Under the pieces are notes generated by a model. The model did not search any database. It had not been told where the DNA came from and saw only the letters and a program-made list of their open reading frames with translations. From positions 28,458,001 to 28,522,000 of the forward strand of contig CM022679.1 of the NCBI GenBank assembly GCA_012295275.1: 64,000 bases of DNA, read 5' to 3'. Of the stretch, positions 1 to 33,790 are shown piece by piece; the stretch's first letter is position 1; each line of letters opens with the position of its first letter. The position numbers and the translations under genes are program-made. This stretch comes from Chrysomallon squamiferum. Lineage: Eukaryota > Animalia > Mollusca.

Positions 1-496
1 AGTCCAAATTCGGTAGGTAGACAGACTTACAACTGTTACTGATTGTAGATTTTTCAAGACGTTTATTCTGGTGTAGTTTCAGTTTTGAAAAACTTTCAGA
101 TATGCACTTTTATCTTTCATTGAATTTTGATTATAATGATAGTATTAGTAGCATTATTATAATTTTTACTATTAATATTATTATTAGTAGTAGTAGTAGG
201 AATCGTAACAGTAGTAATACTAGTAGCAGTAGTAGCAGATGCAGTAGTATTAATAATAGCTGATAAGCAGCAGTAGTAGTAGTAGTAGTAGTAGGAGTAG
301 TGGTATAAAGTAGGGTGTATCACAGCATTTGTTTAAATCTGTAACACAATCATATATTTTCTTTGTGACAAAATAGAAATTTTGGCAGGTTCGTTTCAGA
401 CTAAAAATCACTGTAACGTTTCTATGCTGTTCAGAATAATAAATTAACAAAATAAACAATAAATACAATATCCATTTTTATTAGATAAATGAATAA

Positions 497-540
<44 letters not shown>

Positions 541-1222
541 TAATAAAAGCTAGTTAATAATGTAATTAAATAACAACGTTCTCAACACAGAACAAAGAAC
601 ACATGTTACAAATGTGGATATTTTAAAACCAGGTTGTCATAGCAGAATTCCTTGACAATGGCAACGTGTATGCTAGAAGTAGAAAAACAAGTAAAAACAA
701 ACAACATGCGCGAACAAAGCTCGCAACATGACAGCTACACTCACTGTTTTACTAGAATGTTTGATTAAACCAGCTTCCTCTGTTTGGAATGGGATATGAA
801 ATCTTTAATCTGTGTTTTCTTAGTCACGTCTTTGTTTTATTATTTTTATATTAAAAAAACCCACGTTATTCTGCATACAGAACAAAATAATAGAATTATA
901 AAATAATATCTAAGTCAAATATTTTATAAAAACATGAAAGTGTGAGATTTAATCTTAATTATTTATGTCGTAAAAGTAAAATAGCGGCAGGATATCTGGA
1001 CAAATAAAATATATGTGTGTATGTATATATATATATATTTAATAAAATGAAAACAAAAAGAGAGAAACAATTATAGAAAGAGAAAGAAACAAAAGAAAAA
1101 ACTTCTAGTAATTTTTAAACTAGTGAAATAAACATAGTAAGACTGCCGAGCCATGACGTCATAGACTGACTGAGATTTCCAACATGGCGGTCATGTTTCA
1201 AAGTCTGTCAACCTTTATTTTT

Positions 1223-1317
<95 letters not shown>

Positions 1318-1684
1318 AGTTTATTTGTATTTCTCCTTCAGTCTATCCAGCCATGCTTTCACCAGTGCAGTCACAGTTATATCTGTCTCTCTGTCTGTCT
1401 GTCTGTCTGTGTGACTACCTACCGATATGTCTGTCTGTCTGTTTGTCTGTCTGAACAAGTAGCTTTTGAATGCATGTATATATATGTAGATATAACTACA
1501 TGTCTGTCTTTCTGTTTGTCTGTTTGTGGGTATGTGTGAATGTATATAATGTCCTACATTTTTATAATTTTCATTTCTTTAAAGTTTCTCTGAAACAAAA
1601 TATTCCTGAAATGAGAACAAGTGTTTTTGTTTCACAAAACTCAGATTACATCAGAAATCAGATTCAGTTAATAGACTTCAGTAC

Positions 1685-2050
1685 AAAATATACTATTAAA
1701 TATCTCTTAGAAATATATGTTTCATTTAAAAACATTGTATCAAATATGTTAGAAAAAATATACTTTATTTAAAAACATCAAAGAAAATATATGTTAGAAA
1801 AATATATTTTATTTAAAAACGTGTCAAATATCTGTTAGCAAAATATATTTAAAACAAAATATTACATATATCAGCGAAATATATTTTATTCAGAAACAAA
1901 CCATAATATATCTGTGAGAAAATACGTTTTTAAAACATAGTATTATATATCTCTAAGCGAAATATATTTTATTTACAAACATTCTATCATATATTTATCA
2001 GCAGAACATATTTCATTTAAAAACATTGCGTCAGATATCTGTTATGTTTA
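1685..2050. repeat. Degenerate AT-rich tandem repeat of roughly 40 bp (aaatatattttatttaaaaacat...atatct)
   Basis: Motif recurs about 8 times with many substitutions. Confidence 0.6.
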
Positions 2051-3036
2051 AAGAATAAGCGATGTATGAAATATTACTGTAAAAGTGTGCAAATTTATTT
2101 AATTTGTAAAGTAACAATTCCAGACTTTAACACAACTTTCTTTCTCGACTGAGTTTCTCTTCTAAATTATTATTAACATCTTTTCTATCCAGTCTACACT
2201 AGAGAAAAAGAAAAAAGTAATAATTATTAATGTTACTTTTTACAGATTTTGTATTCGCCGAACTTTGTTTTTCGTGGAAACGTAAAAAAAAATAATAAAA
2301 AAATAAAAAATTCTTTTGTAATAAAAGATCACAAACATTTCTTTGCAGCGAGAAGAATCGAAGTAATTTTTAGAACAGAAAGCGCTAGACAGGTTTATTG
2401 GGTTAGTTGAAAGCACTGAAATTTATTTTTCTTTGCTTTGAATTTCAAACTATACAAACATTTATCGGCTTATTTTAAATGAGACTTTGCGGTGTTTCTG
2501 TTTGTTTCTTTTGTTTTCAGCTAATGAATATTCGATGACCATTCGATCTCGCTTAGTTTATAATTCTTAGCGTGTAGACGACAAAAGACAGAAATGGTTT
2601 TCAGAGGAGGAAAAAACAAAAAAAAGAGAAAACGTATGGAAAAAACATTTCGTTTCAACAACGTAGTTTGAAAAGTAGCGCTGTATTTTTACGTTAATCA
2701 ATTGTTATGCATATTTAATTGCAGCGGGTCAGTTCTGTGTCTTGATGAAATGTGATAAGTGTGGAGAGATGAAAGAATCGCTGGAATATATTCACGTTAT
2801 CTCTCTTTGTTTTCAGACTTCTCGCTGTCGTTGTTGTATTTCGCATACTTAAACGCGTCTGTGAATCCATCCATCCGTGTTCCCAGTTTGTTTCAGTGCA
2901 TCCATCCACGCTTGTTTTTTGTTTCTACATCAGCTCACAGCTAATCAACAAATAATGTTTTATTAACAACTCACACACACATATACATACATACATATAT
3001 AGATATACACACACACATACATACATATATAGACAT

Positions 3037-3170
<134 letters not shown>

Positions 3171-4976
3171 ACAACAGTTTTTGATCATTTATCCTTGATG
3201 TTGTACCCGCTACATTTTGTCATCTGTATTTTATCTTCAATACTGTATCCTCTGTATCGTATCATTTATATCGATTCGTCATGTATGGTATCGCTCTACC
3301 GTATCATTATATTGTGTCGTCAATATTGTATCCTCTGCATTGTATAATTTATATTGTATCATTTATATTGTATCGTCTATTCTGTACCATCAATACTGTA
3401 TCATTTATATTTATCGTCTATATTGTATCGTCTTTATTGTATAATCCGTATTATAACATCTACAAAGCGTCAATTTTGGTTGTTGCACCATAAGAGCATC
3501 CATCACACTTTGTTGATACGAGTATTAGCTCCATTGTATCCTGAGTATCACCTTTATCTGTTTCATCACTGTACTGTATAATCTATATTTTATGATCCAC
3601 ATTGTATCATCTCTGTTTTATAACCGCATTGTATCATTTGAAATATATCGTTGTTACTGGTTTTTATTCTATAAAAGCACCCATATATAGCTTTGTTGAT
3701 ACAGTTGTGCACATCAACATCGTCAAATCATCATCATCATCATCTTATGCTGTTTTACAGAAACAGCCGATAATAATAATTATAATGATGATCATGATGA
3801 TGATCTAGCTCATGATGATAATAACAAAACAGCAGCATCAACAACAATAATAATAACGATGATAATTATTAGATTAATAGCAACAATAATAACAACAACA
3901 ATAATAATAACGATAATAATTACAAGGTTAATAGCAACAATAATAACAGCAACGATAATAACACCAACAAATTAAAAAAAAAATGAATGAATGAATGAAT
4001 AAATAAATAAATAAAAGGTAACTATTTTTAGGTATTGATTATGCTAATACCTGTGTGTTGTTTCCATTGTTTATTAGTGTGAATTATTCATTTCAGTCGC
4101 ACAGAAACACTTTCAGTGTCACTGCCTGTCGACAGTGTCTGATTCCACCTTGTAAACTTCTTGTTTGTGTTTTATTTTAATACTGTAATTTGTAATAAGC
4201 GTCGACACTCCGTTCATATATACGTATGTATACACACACACATATATACATTAATATATACACATGCATACGTTTAGACATACGTACATACAAACAAAAT
4301 GTTTTGAAGGCCGAATGTTACCGACTTAAGAGTGCAAGCTGACTGATGCAGCGAGACACATTCTGACGAATTGTGTCATCCTGCGCCAGAGAGCTCGCGA
4401 ATATTGTCTGCGTGCAGAGTCTGTTCAGACGTACATAAGACAGAGAATATTCATACCTAAATACACACAATAACTCATATATGCAGAATTATAAATAATG
4501 AACAGTTAAATGAATGGTTGGGTTAACAGAAAAAAACTTTATATTTCGATCTTGTAAAATGTTGTTATGATCGCCAGGGAGACCACATGAATAAATTATA
4601 AGGTTTTTTTTGTTTTTTTTTAATTTTTTTGTTTTTTTAAAATAATAACAAATTAAGTTTTTACATTACGTCAGTTGTTTTACCTACACAGCCCCAATCG
4701 TCTTGTCATTTAATTCTTGTTTCTTTCTCACTTATTTGTTATTTCCTATATAGTGTATACGCACACACACAGAAACTCATTTTTACTTCTTTTATTCTTA
4801 TAAAAAGTAACAGTTAAAGTAATTTGCGCAGTAACTAATTTCATTTAGCTTTAATCTCGTTCTGTCGCTGTGAATCAGTCTTCTGTGATATTTTGCATTA
4901 TCAGACAATAAACTATATATAAATGTAAGTATTTTTCATCTATCATCTGATAGAAAGAATAAACAAATACATTCTG

Positions 4977-5014
<38 letters not shown>

Positions 5015-5301
5015 ATACACATACACATATATATATTTTTAATTTAAATTTAATATAATTTAAGAAAGAAAGAAAGAAGACATTTTCCCGTGATGTCCAC
5101 TATTCTTGAACTGTCATAATAATAATAATAATAATAATAACAAGAAATATTAATAATAATAATAATAATAACAACAATAAATAATAATAATAATAATAAC
5201 AAGAAATATTAATAATAATAATAATAATAGCAAGAAATATTAATAATAATAATAATAATAATAACAACAAGAAATAATAATAATAATAATAACAACAATA
5301 C

Positions 5302-5334
<33 letters not shown>

Positions 5335-5865
5335 TAATAATAATAATTTCTTAAACTGTTTTAAGTGAATTAATATAATTATTCATTTAATGTCATCATT
5401 ATCATCTTCATTATTTAATTATTATTATTATTATTATTATTGTTGCTGCTGTTTATTATTATTATTATTACTATTATTATTATTAATGTTACAGAAACTG
5501 TTCAGTGAAATGCTGAAAACTCGTAAAAGTGAAAAGACAAATTCCCCGAACATTTATAATGAATAAGAGTTTGTTGTGTTGTCATAGCAGCGAGTGTAGA
5601 TTGTAACGTGTTCTCTTTTGTTCTGTCTGGGACTCGCAGCTCACTTCGTCACAAACAGGTTTTCTTCTTCTTCTTCTTCTAATTTATTCATTATCTCTGA
5701 ACCATAACTTAAGTTTAACACAGAACCGAGTTGTCAGAGCTCAGCCATTTTCCCGTTCTAACAAATGCTTTTTCTAATGATGGTTTGGGTTATAATGTTT
5801 AATTAAAGAGTGTGCAATGTCCAGTCTCGTTCTCTTTATTTATTTATTTATTTACTTATTTATTA

Positions 5866-5925
<60 letters not shown>

Positions 5926-6065
5926 TTTTTTTGTTATTGTTTTTTTGTTGTTTTATTTTGTTATTATTATTTATTTTTTTTTTTGAAGAAATTTAAATTC
6001 TTTTCCTAATTACAAAGACAGTTCAGAATGTCAGTCCCAAAGGCTTAATTTCAGCTTAATTTTAG

Positions 6066-6099
<34 letters not shown>

Positions 6100-6251
6100 C
6101 CAAAAATAAAATAAAAACGACTGACTTGCACAGTTTAACTGAGACACATTAAATATTGAAGGGTCTCTGGGTTAAAGAGAAAAAATATTTTATTTATTTA
6201 TCTGCGTGAAGAAAACAACAAAGGCACCATTGTTTGCCTTCTTGTTCTCGG

Positions 6252-6252
<1 letters not shown>

Positions 6253-6322
<70 letters not shown>

Positions 6323-6346
6323 TACACACACACTCACACACACACA

Positions 6347-6382
<36 letters not shown>

Positions 6383-6515
6383 TACACATACACACACTCA
6401 CATACACACACATATACACACACATACACACACACTCACATACACACACACATACACACACACACATACATACACACACACACACACACACACTCACACA
6501 CATACATACATACAC
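6253..6515. repeat. Imperfect (CA)n microsatellite
   Basis: Direct inspection; one of many (CA)n, (AG)n, (AAT)n and (AAAT)n tracts in the window. Confidence 0.95.
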
Positions 6516-7345
6516 GCATGCGTACAAACATAGATCTGTCTCGATGGCCGAACGGTAACTTCGTCCGCCTTCTGAGCGCTGGTGAATGATCTGACGTACA
6601 AATCCTGAAGTACACACATACAAACATACAAATACAAATACAAATACATGCCATTGAGAACAGATAAATGTTTATGACAAGCTGTCACTTTTATTTTTTC
6701 ACGTTTCTCGTGGGTATAGAGAAAGCGAGTTGAGGACGGGTAGACTTGTTATTTTTATTATTATTATTGCTGTTCTCCTGGGTTTTCACTGATAGCAGAT
6801 AGTCGCGCTGCCAGTCACTTTGCATTGTAATTACACACGTCAGATATCCAAGTTATCAAACATTTATTGCTTTATCGCTAACGCTGCTCTTATCAAATTA
6901 ACATTTTCTGTTCGAGACTCATCTTTATTTATTATTCTAATTTCTCATCTTGTCGCAGTGTTGTTCGATTTTTCTGTTTATTTTTTCTCAGTTTTTCGAT
7001 TTCAGTTTTACTTATATTTACTTTTAATCTGCATTAGTTGTTTTCCCAGTGTAATTTTGATACGCTGTGAAGATAAATTACATTTTGTGCGTTTTTATTT
7101 TTTATTGTTTGTGTCATTATTCTATTTCATGTGATGTTAAACTATTCAGTATACTGAAACATATTTCAATATATTATGTCATATTATGTTTGTTTTTTTA
7201 TCTTATGTTATAAAGGACAATATTTTAATCATCATCGTTAAAAAAACCCACATAATAATAATAAAATGAATAATAATAATGATAATAATAACAATAACAA
7301 TAATAATAATAACAACAACAACAACAAAACAACAACAACAACAAC

Positions 7346-7385
<40 letters not shown>

Positions 7386-7414
7386 TAATAATAATAATGA
7401 CTTACTTCTGACAG

Positions 7415-8457
7415 TTCAGAAAGCAGAGAAAGATCTATACATTTCATTAATTTACAGTATTGTCTGATCAACTCACTAGTGACTGATTGAATCACTAGTG
7501 ACTGACAGACTGATCCTTCGTTCAGTCGGATAACTGCTGGTGTTTGTTTCAAATATTTCACATATCAGATAACGGGTGAAACAAGAGAAAAATTATTTGT
7601 TAATCAGTTAGAGCTACATAACAGTAGAGCTACATAACAGTAGAGCTACATAACAGTTAGAGCTACATAACAGTAGAGCTACATAACAGTTAGAGCTACA
7701 TAACAGTAGAGCTACATAACAGTAGAGCTACATAACAGTTAGAGCTACATAACAGTAGAGCTACATAACAGTAGAGCTACATAACAGTTAGAGCTACATA
7801 ACACAACAGCTGTGCAATCATTTACAGCTGACTTACTTATAACAGTGTGCACGTATTTTATTTATTTATTTTTTATTTAAATTGTTGTTGTTGTTGTTGT
7901 ATGAATGAAATTATCTCGCGGTTAGTGAAACAAGAAAGGTGATTTACTGGTGTATTAAACAGGAAGGTGAATTAAGGGTGAATTATATAGAAAGGCGAAT
8001 GAAGGGTGAATTAAGAATGAATTACACAGGAAGGTATTTAAATTTGCTCTGTGTGTAAAAAGGTGTTGACACCGAATACCTGGTTGCTATTACTTTTAAC
8101 TGAAGTGGAGCTTGAAGTTTGCTGCGACTTTACCATCGATTTCTGGCGTTTTGAAAAGCTTGTCACAGGAGTCCAGAAACATCCTAGTCCCTGGTGCCAG
8201 TGTGGAGGTTTACTGTTATGTGATCAATAGTCAAAATGATACTGATATGAATTAAGGTGCGACGTATATTAACTCATGCATACATCGAATTATGCATTGT
8301 GTACATTTACTTATTGATAAAACAGAATATGTGTGTGTATGTATATGTGCCTAGAGAAACACACATCCTTGTTACCAGCTGAAAATGTCACCCAGACATA
8401 AGCACGCACACATATTGTATATTAATGAAATGTATAGATCTTTCACCGCTTTCTGAA
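7415..8457. mobile_element. MITE/foldback-like element bounded by 42-bp inverted repeats
   Basis: 7415-7456 ttcagaaagcagagaaagatctatacatttcattaatttaca matches the reverse complement of 8416-8457 with 3 mismatches; no TSD or transposase seen. Confidence 0.5.
7605..7803. repeat. 16/17-bp tandem repeat (t)tagagctacataacag x12
   Basis: Direct inspection; 12 copies of gagctacataac. Confidence 0.95.
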
Positions 8458-8651
8458 ATGTGGTACTTTGGGAATCGACTAATGATTCGACAACGTCATC
8501 AATAACCTCCATCAGAACGAAAATAAAAACCTCTACGAGGAATTGGTTTGAATAGTTGTTTTTTGTGTCTTGACAAAAATCGTCATGCATTGCTGACTGG
8601 AAGCGAGTCAGAGATGTACAAAATGATTTTAGTCGTTGAGGCGCAGGCAAC

Positions 8652-8735
8652 ATGATTGTAACAAGTCTGTGAACAAGATTGCAGCAAGTCTGTGAACAAG
8701 ATTGCAGCAAGTCTGTGAACATGATTATCAAGTCT
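8652..8735. repeat. 23-bp tandem repeat caagtctgtgaacaagattgcag (about 3.5 copies) overlapping the candidate start codon
   Basis: Direct inspection. Confidence 0.85.
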
Positions 8736-8778
8736 TACGTTAGTCTTGTGACTTTTATTTTATTTGTTCTCCTCTCAG
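8721..8778 (+). CDS. Candidate first (signal-peptide) exon of the PKD1-like gene, MIIKSYVSLVTFILFVLLS+G
   Basis: ATG at 8721, a basic residue then a hydrophobic core, ending at a strong donor CAG|GTAAGA (phase 1). The phase fits acceptors at 11633 or 11639 but not 11604, so either one of those is used or a small exon is missing. Confidence 0.4.
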
Positions 8779-11604
8779 GTAAGAACAATGGCGATTTTTT
8801 TTATATTTTAGCACAACTTTTGTCATTATTTGTTTGTTAATTTGATGCTCTGGTTAGGTCAACGTATTTTATTTGTTTAAAGTTCACGTCTCAAATTAAC
8901 TGTTATTGTTGTTGTTGTTGTTAATATTATAACTGGATTTGTTTTGTTGGTTGCTTTTGTTATAATAATAATAATAATAATAATAATAGTTATTATTATT
9001 ATTTTTATTGTTATTATCATTATAATTATTATTGTTGTTGTTGTTCTTGTTGTTGTTAATGACGTTGTCATAATTATAAGATTTTATTTCGATAAGAACG
9101 ACACAGTTACTATTACTATTTGATTACCTTTTGTTTTATCAGTCTTTGTTATAAACACATCGTAATCTTCATCGAGACTGTTAATATTACGACTGTCCTG
9201 ATCATAGTTTAATTTTCCTCTTTCTGTTATTACTGTCATCATCGTCATTGTCATCAGCATTACTGTTATTTTTATGATCAACACGTTTGTTTAATGTACT
9301 GTGATTAGTAATGTCTTTAAATTTTTCCATTAGTTATCTCTGACAAATACACACGTGATCTGAAATATTTCATTAGACATTAAATATCGTTAGATCAAAT
9401 AGGACCTGTGGTTTCCGCTCTCTGGAAAACACAGTCAGAAAGCAGAGCCAGCCAAAACGTACTGTGACAGCAAGATTAGAATCTAGAATCAAAACAACTT
9501 AGGATGAGACATTGATCCATGTATCGATTTACTCCTTAGAGACTGTCGCTAACGTAATCCAGTGGCCGCCATTTTGAAAATGGCCTCTCATGATGATCAG
9601 CAGATCATCTTTCTGTAAATATCATTACTATCCAATTGGGAAACTGAGAAAAAATTAATTTAATTACTCATATCGGATACATACTTCCTTATGTCGTGAA
9701 ATAATTATTTCTTAGTGTGAAAAGAAACATCTGTATATTTGACAACATCCATCTATTCTTTCAAGTCGCCCAAGCTACTTAGTGATACGTCATTTACTAC
9801 CAGTACTAAAATATTCGTAGGACGACTGCCTAACAAATTTTATAGTCAAACCTTCTGCCACCTTGAATAAAATGTATTCGAAGGAAAAACATTTTGTTCA
9901 AAATTACGTTTTCAAAACGGCCGCCTTAGATACTCAGTTTCAAATGTTTTACAGGTAAAATCACAAATGTTATTCGTTAGACCCCTGAAGAAAATTTTAC
10001 TTCATGGAACAATTCGAATATTTTTTGTGTCCTGCTCCACTGAGCAGTAATTGCTTTGAGAATATTGTGAAAATTGAAATTGTGAAATCCCCTCCTTCAA
10101 ATGGCTGTAGCAGAGTAGAGAGACCGCAGTTTAATAAATCTACAAACTAAATCTACTTCTCAGTACTCGAGCTGCTACGAAATCAGTTTTGTTTGCTTTT
10201 TAAAAACAATCAGCTCCCGCACCAATACACACACACACACACACGTGTAGAAGTGTAGTGTGTGTCTGTCTGACTATATTGTGTTTTATATGTATGTCTG
10301 TATATATATGTGTGTGTGTGTGTATGTGTGTATATATTGGTATGTTGTATCTACTTTTGTTTTACCTATTTCAATGTGTCTACGTCTCTGTTGTGTGTCT
10401 GTGTGTATATCTGTTTGGTATATATACGTTATGTACATTTGTTTTTCTTTGCTGTCTCTATTGCATTTGTTTTTGAATATAATCTGTGTGTGAATATAAT
10501 AACTATATGTGTCTGCATACGTTTGTCTGTGTATGTACTGGTTTTGTATGTGTGTGTCTCTGTTTGAATTCGTTTCTACATTTGTGTATATGTGTATACA
10601 TCATGTCCCTGTGTGTGTGTGTGTGTGTGTGTGTATGTATATATATATATATATATATACACACACAGATATAATGTATACACACATACCTTTGTATATA
10701 TATAGACATATTATTTCTCGACTTTTTTCTGAATATATTTGTGTTTTACGAGCTGTATTTGTTTCTATATTTGTTCGCTTGTTTCTCCGTGTGTACTTGT
10801 GTTATATCTGTCTCTTATGTGTATATTTGTGTTTGTAAATACGTACGTACATACATACACATCTCTGTGTGAATCTGTCTTGCTGTCTGTCTGATTGTCC
10901 TTGTGTCTGTCTACGAGGTAGATCAGCGCGATTCCTAAAAGAATCTCGTTCTGGATTGTTAGGGGGATGAGGTCCAAAACGGCCCCCAGTAAATCTGTTA
11001 TTCCGCATTCTTCCTTCCTTTTTTCTACATTCTCTTAATTTTGCTTTGATAACGATTTAATCGTCTATCATGGAACTCGTAGTTTTTCAAAACATCGTTA
11101 GCTGAAGCAGTAACATGTTGATTTGTGAATATTTGATATGGTTGAGAATTTCAAGTGGGCTGGTGGTGATAGACATGTGCACATCGCCGTTGTCACAGCT
11201 GTTACTTAACCGAAACAATCACTGGATTAGTGCTGCTTCCCTTACTCGCTTTTGGATTACGTCATTAATTTGTATTTTATTTTACTTATATGTTTATTTT
11301 CATGAACAGTTGAGACAGTTCAGCATCAAGTGATAAATGAAAAGCAGTGTTTAACAACCCTTCATTTATTTGTTTTCATTAGTTTTTCACACAATTTCGT
11401 AACAAAACGTTTATATATTTATAACAGATGATTTTCGTATCGAATAATAAACAAACGTATTTATTTATTTATTTATTTGCATCAGTTAACAAATAAAATC
11501 AAAGTTTAGAAACACTTCGTTCACAGATAATTAACTAATTAATTAATTTATTTATTTATTTTTTCGTACAAATAATCTTTAAAATAAATGAATGTGTTTG
11601 TCAG

Positions 11605-31323
<19,719 letters not shown>

Positions 31324-31506
31324 AGTAATCGACTCTAACTTTTCTCAATGTCACAGAGACAAACTGACAGAGAAAAACATGTCATGAATTACAAACTTCT
31401 TAAGCATAAAATGCAAAAATTGTCTATACACCCAGAATACAAACATACATACCTCACTCCTTTACATACAGACATCCAAAAACACACCACACAAACACAG
31501 ATTCTG

Positions 31507-31673
<167 letters not shown>

Positions 31674-33567
31674 CCCCACAAAGTTATACAGAAGACGAAT
31701 ATGCGTTATATCGTCTTGAATATGTGTTTTTAATTTATTATACAATGTTTTCTTCTTCTTCTTCTTATTATTATTATAATTTTATATTATTATTTTATAC
31801 TCATTTTATTATTTATTTATTTATTTAACATTTTCTTTTATTATTTAGTATCCGAAATAAAATTATTTGGGATATTATTATTCTGTGCCTGACGAAGGGA
31901 CATAACTCCTGGACTAATATGTTTAAAATACTTTAGCTTACATTGTTTCCTTTTTTCTTCTATTTATCAATTTCAAAGGGATCATTAATAATAATATTAA
32001 GATTATTTATTGAACCATTTATCTGTGAATTATTCGTATAATTATTAACTTACTACAATTATGTATTTATTTATTTATTTATTACTTTTTACATTATGAT
32101 GTTTAGGGGTAGATATTTCGGTATTATTTATTTATATTTATGCTATCTCTGTATATGTATACTGTAGATTTTGTGCACAGTAATAGATGATAAAATAAAT
32201 TTGGTTTTAAAGATACACCTGTATGCTTTTTTTCACAATAACTGCTAATACGCTTCCCAGTTTGTTTATTTATAATACACGTTAAAAAAGGAAATAGTTT
32301 ATAGATCTAGGAATTTTATATTTAATACAAAAAAAATTATATTTGCATAAAGAATATTTAACATTGATGTGAGATGGTTCATTATTTATGTGAGATGGTT
32401 TAATGTTGAAGTGAGATGGTTGCTGGATTCTGTGATAGGATTAAAATTAAATAATCTATGCTCGAGATAGATGAGAATTAAATTGAGAAAGTTTATGACT
32501 AAAATGTGTTTACTTAGTGTAAGATAATTTCGTCTGATATGTTTTTATTATTATTATTATTATTATCGTCATCATCATCATCATCACTATCATCATCGTC
32601 ATTATCATAATCATTATCACTGTTATCGTTATTATTATTATCAGTATTATTAACATCGTTATTATTATCATTATTATTATTATTATTATCTTCATCATCA
32701 TCATCATTATTATTATTAGTATTAAATTGTTAAATAATTGCAGTGATAAAAGTTATGGCTGTAGCAAGATCAAATTAAAATAAATTAAAATGGCTTGAAT
32801 GATGTGGTGTACAACTGAGCGAGGTGAAGGTTGAAGAAATTAAGTAATTCGGTTTTACAGCTCGTCCAGCTACCATATAACCACTGATAATTAATCACAG
32901 AAATATTTTTTGAACTTTTTGACAACAGATAGATGTCAGTAGATTCGCGTCTTTATTTATACATTTAATATAAGTAAAATCAAATAGTCATTGCTAAATG
33001 TTAAAAATTTGTGTTTACTGCTAAACGCCAAAAATATGTATTTACTGTTAAACGGCAAGAATAAAAACGTAAAAACGACAAAAACGTCAAAATATTTTCG
33101 CTGAAACGTTACATGTCAAAAATACGTATTCATTGTTAAACGTAAAAAAATACGATTCGTATTTATCTTGTTTGTGTTTGTGTCAGCTTGAAACGTCAAA
33201 AAAAAACGTTTTGTCGTAACAGTGTTCAATCGTATATACATGTGTCTTTCAGTAATCACAATACATAATGAAAAAATATACATGATATAATAATAAATTA
33301 AAATATGCAAGGACCAAAAGCAGTAAATCTACTGACATTTAAATAAGTACTTAAGTGACAAATTATAGAACATTAAGAAAACATAAATTAATTAAATAAA
33401 CAAAACTAAATACTTAGAGCATAAACATTATTATTATCATCATCGTCATCATCTTCATTATGCTGTTATTATTATTGTTGTTGTCGTTGTTGCTATTATT
33501 ATTATTATTATTAAATTTTGTAGTCTCATACTGAGAGTGTTATTATCACGATTCAGAAACAAATACT

Positions 33568-33790
<223 letters not shown>

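Noticed and set aside
25-468. Possible minus-strand exons at the window start
   Set aside because: Donor-like hexamers are present but acceptors are weak and there is no recognisable protein motif.
8104-8230. Short open frame IDFWRFEKLVTGVQ resembling a discoidin strand
   Set aside because: Bounded by stops, no convincing splice sites, and inside the inverted-repeat element.
7238-8731. Minus-strand ORFs 7238-7561 and 8372-8731 as a divergent gene
   Set aside because: No recognisable domain; they overlap the inverted-repeat arms and tandem repeats. A minus-strand gtaagt near 7405 is not enough evidence.
11588-11604. ATG at 11588 as the PKD1-like start
   Set aside because: It lies in the AT-rich tract just before a good acceptor and gives no signal peptide.
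31886-31915. ctgacga-agg...cct hammerhead-ribozyme-like string
   Set aside because: The required GAAA and stems I/III are missing.
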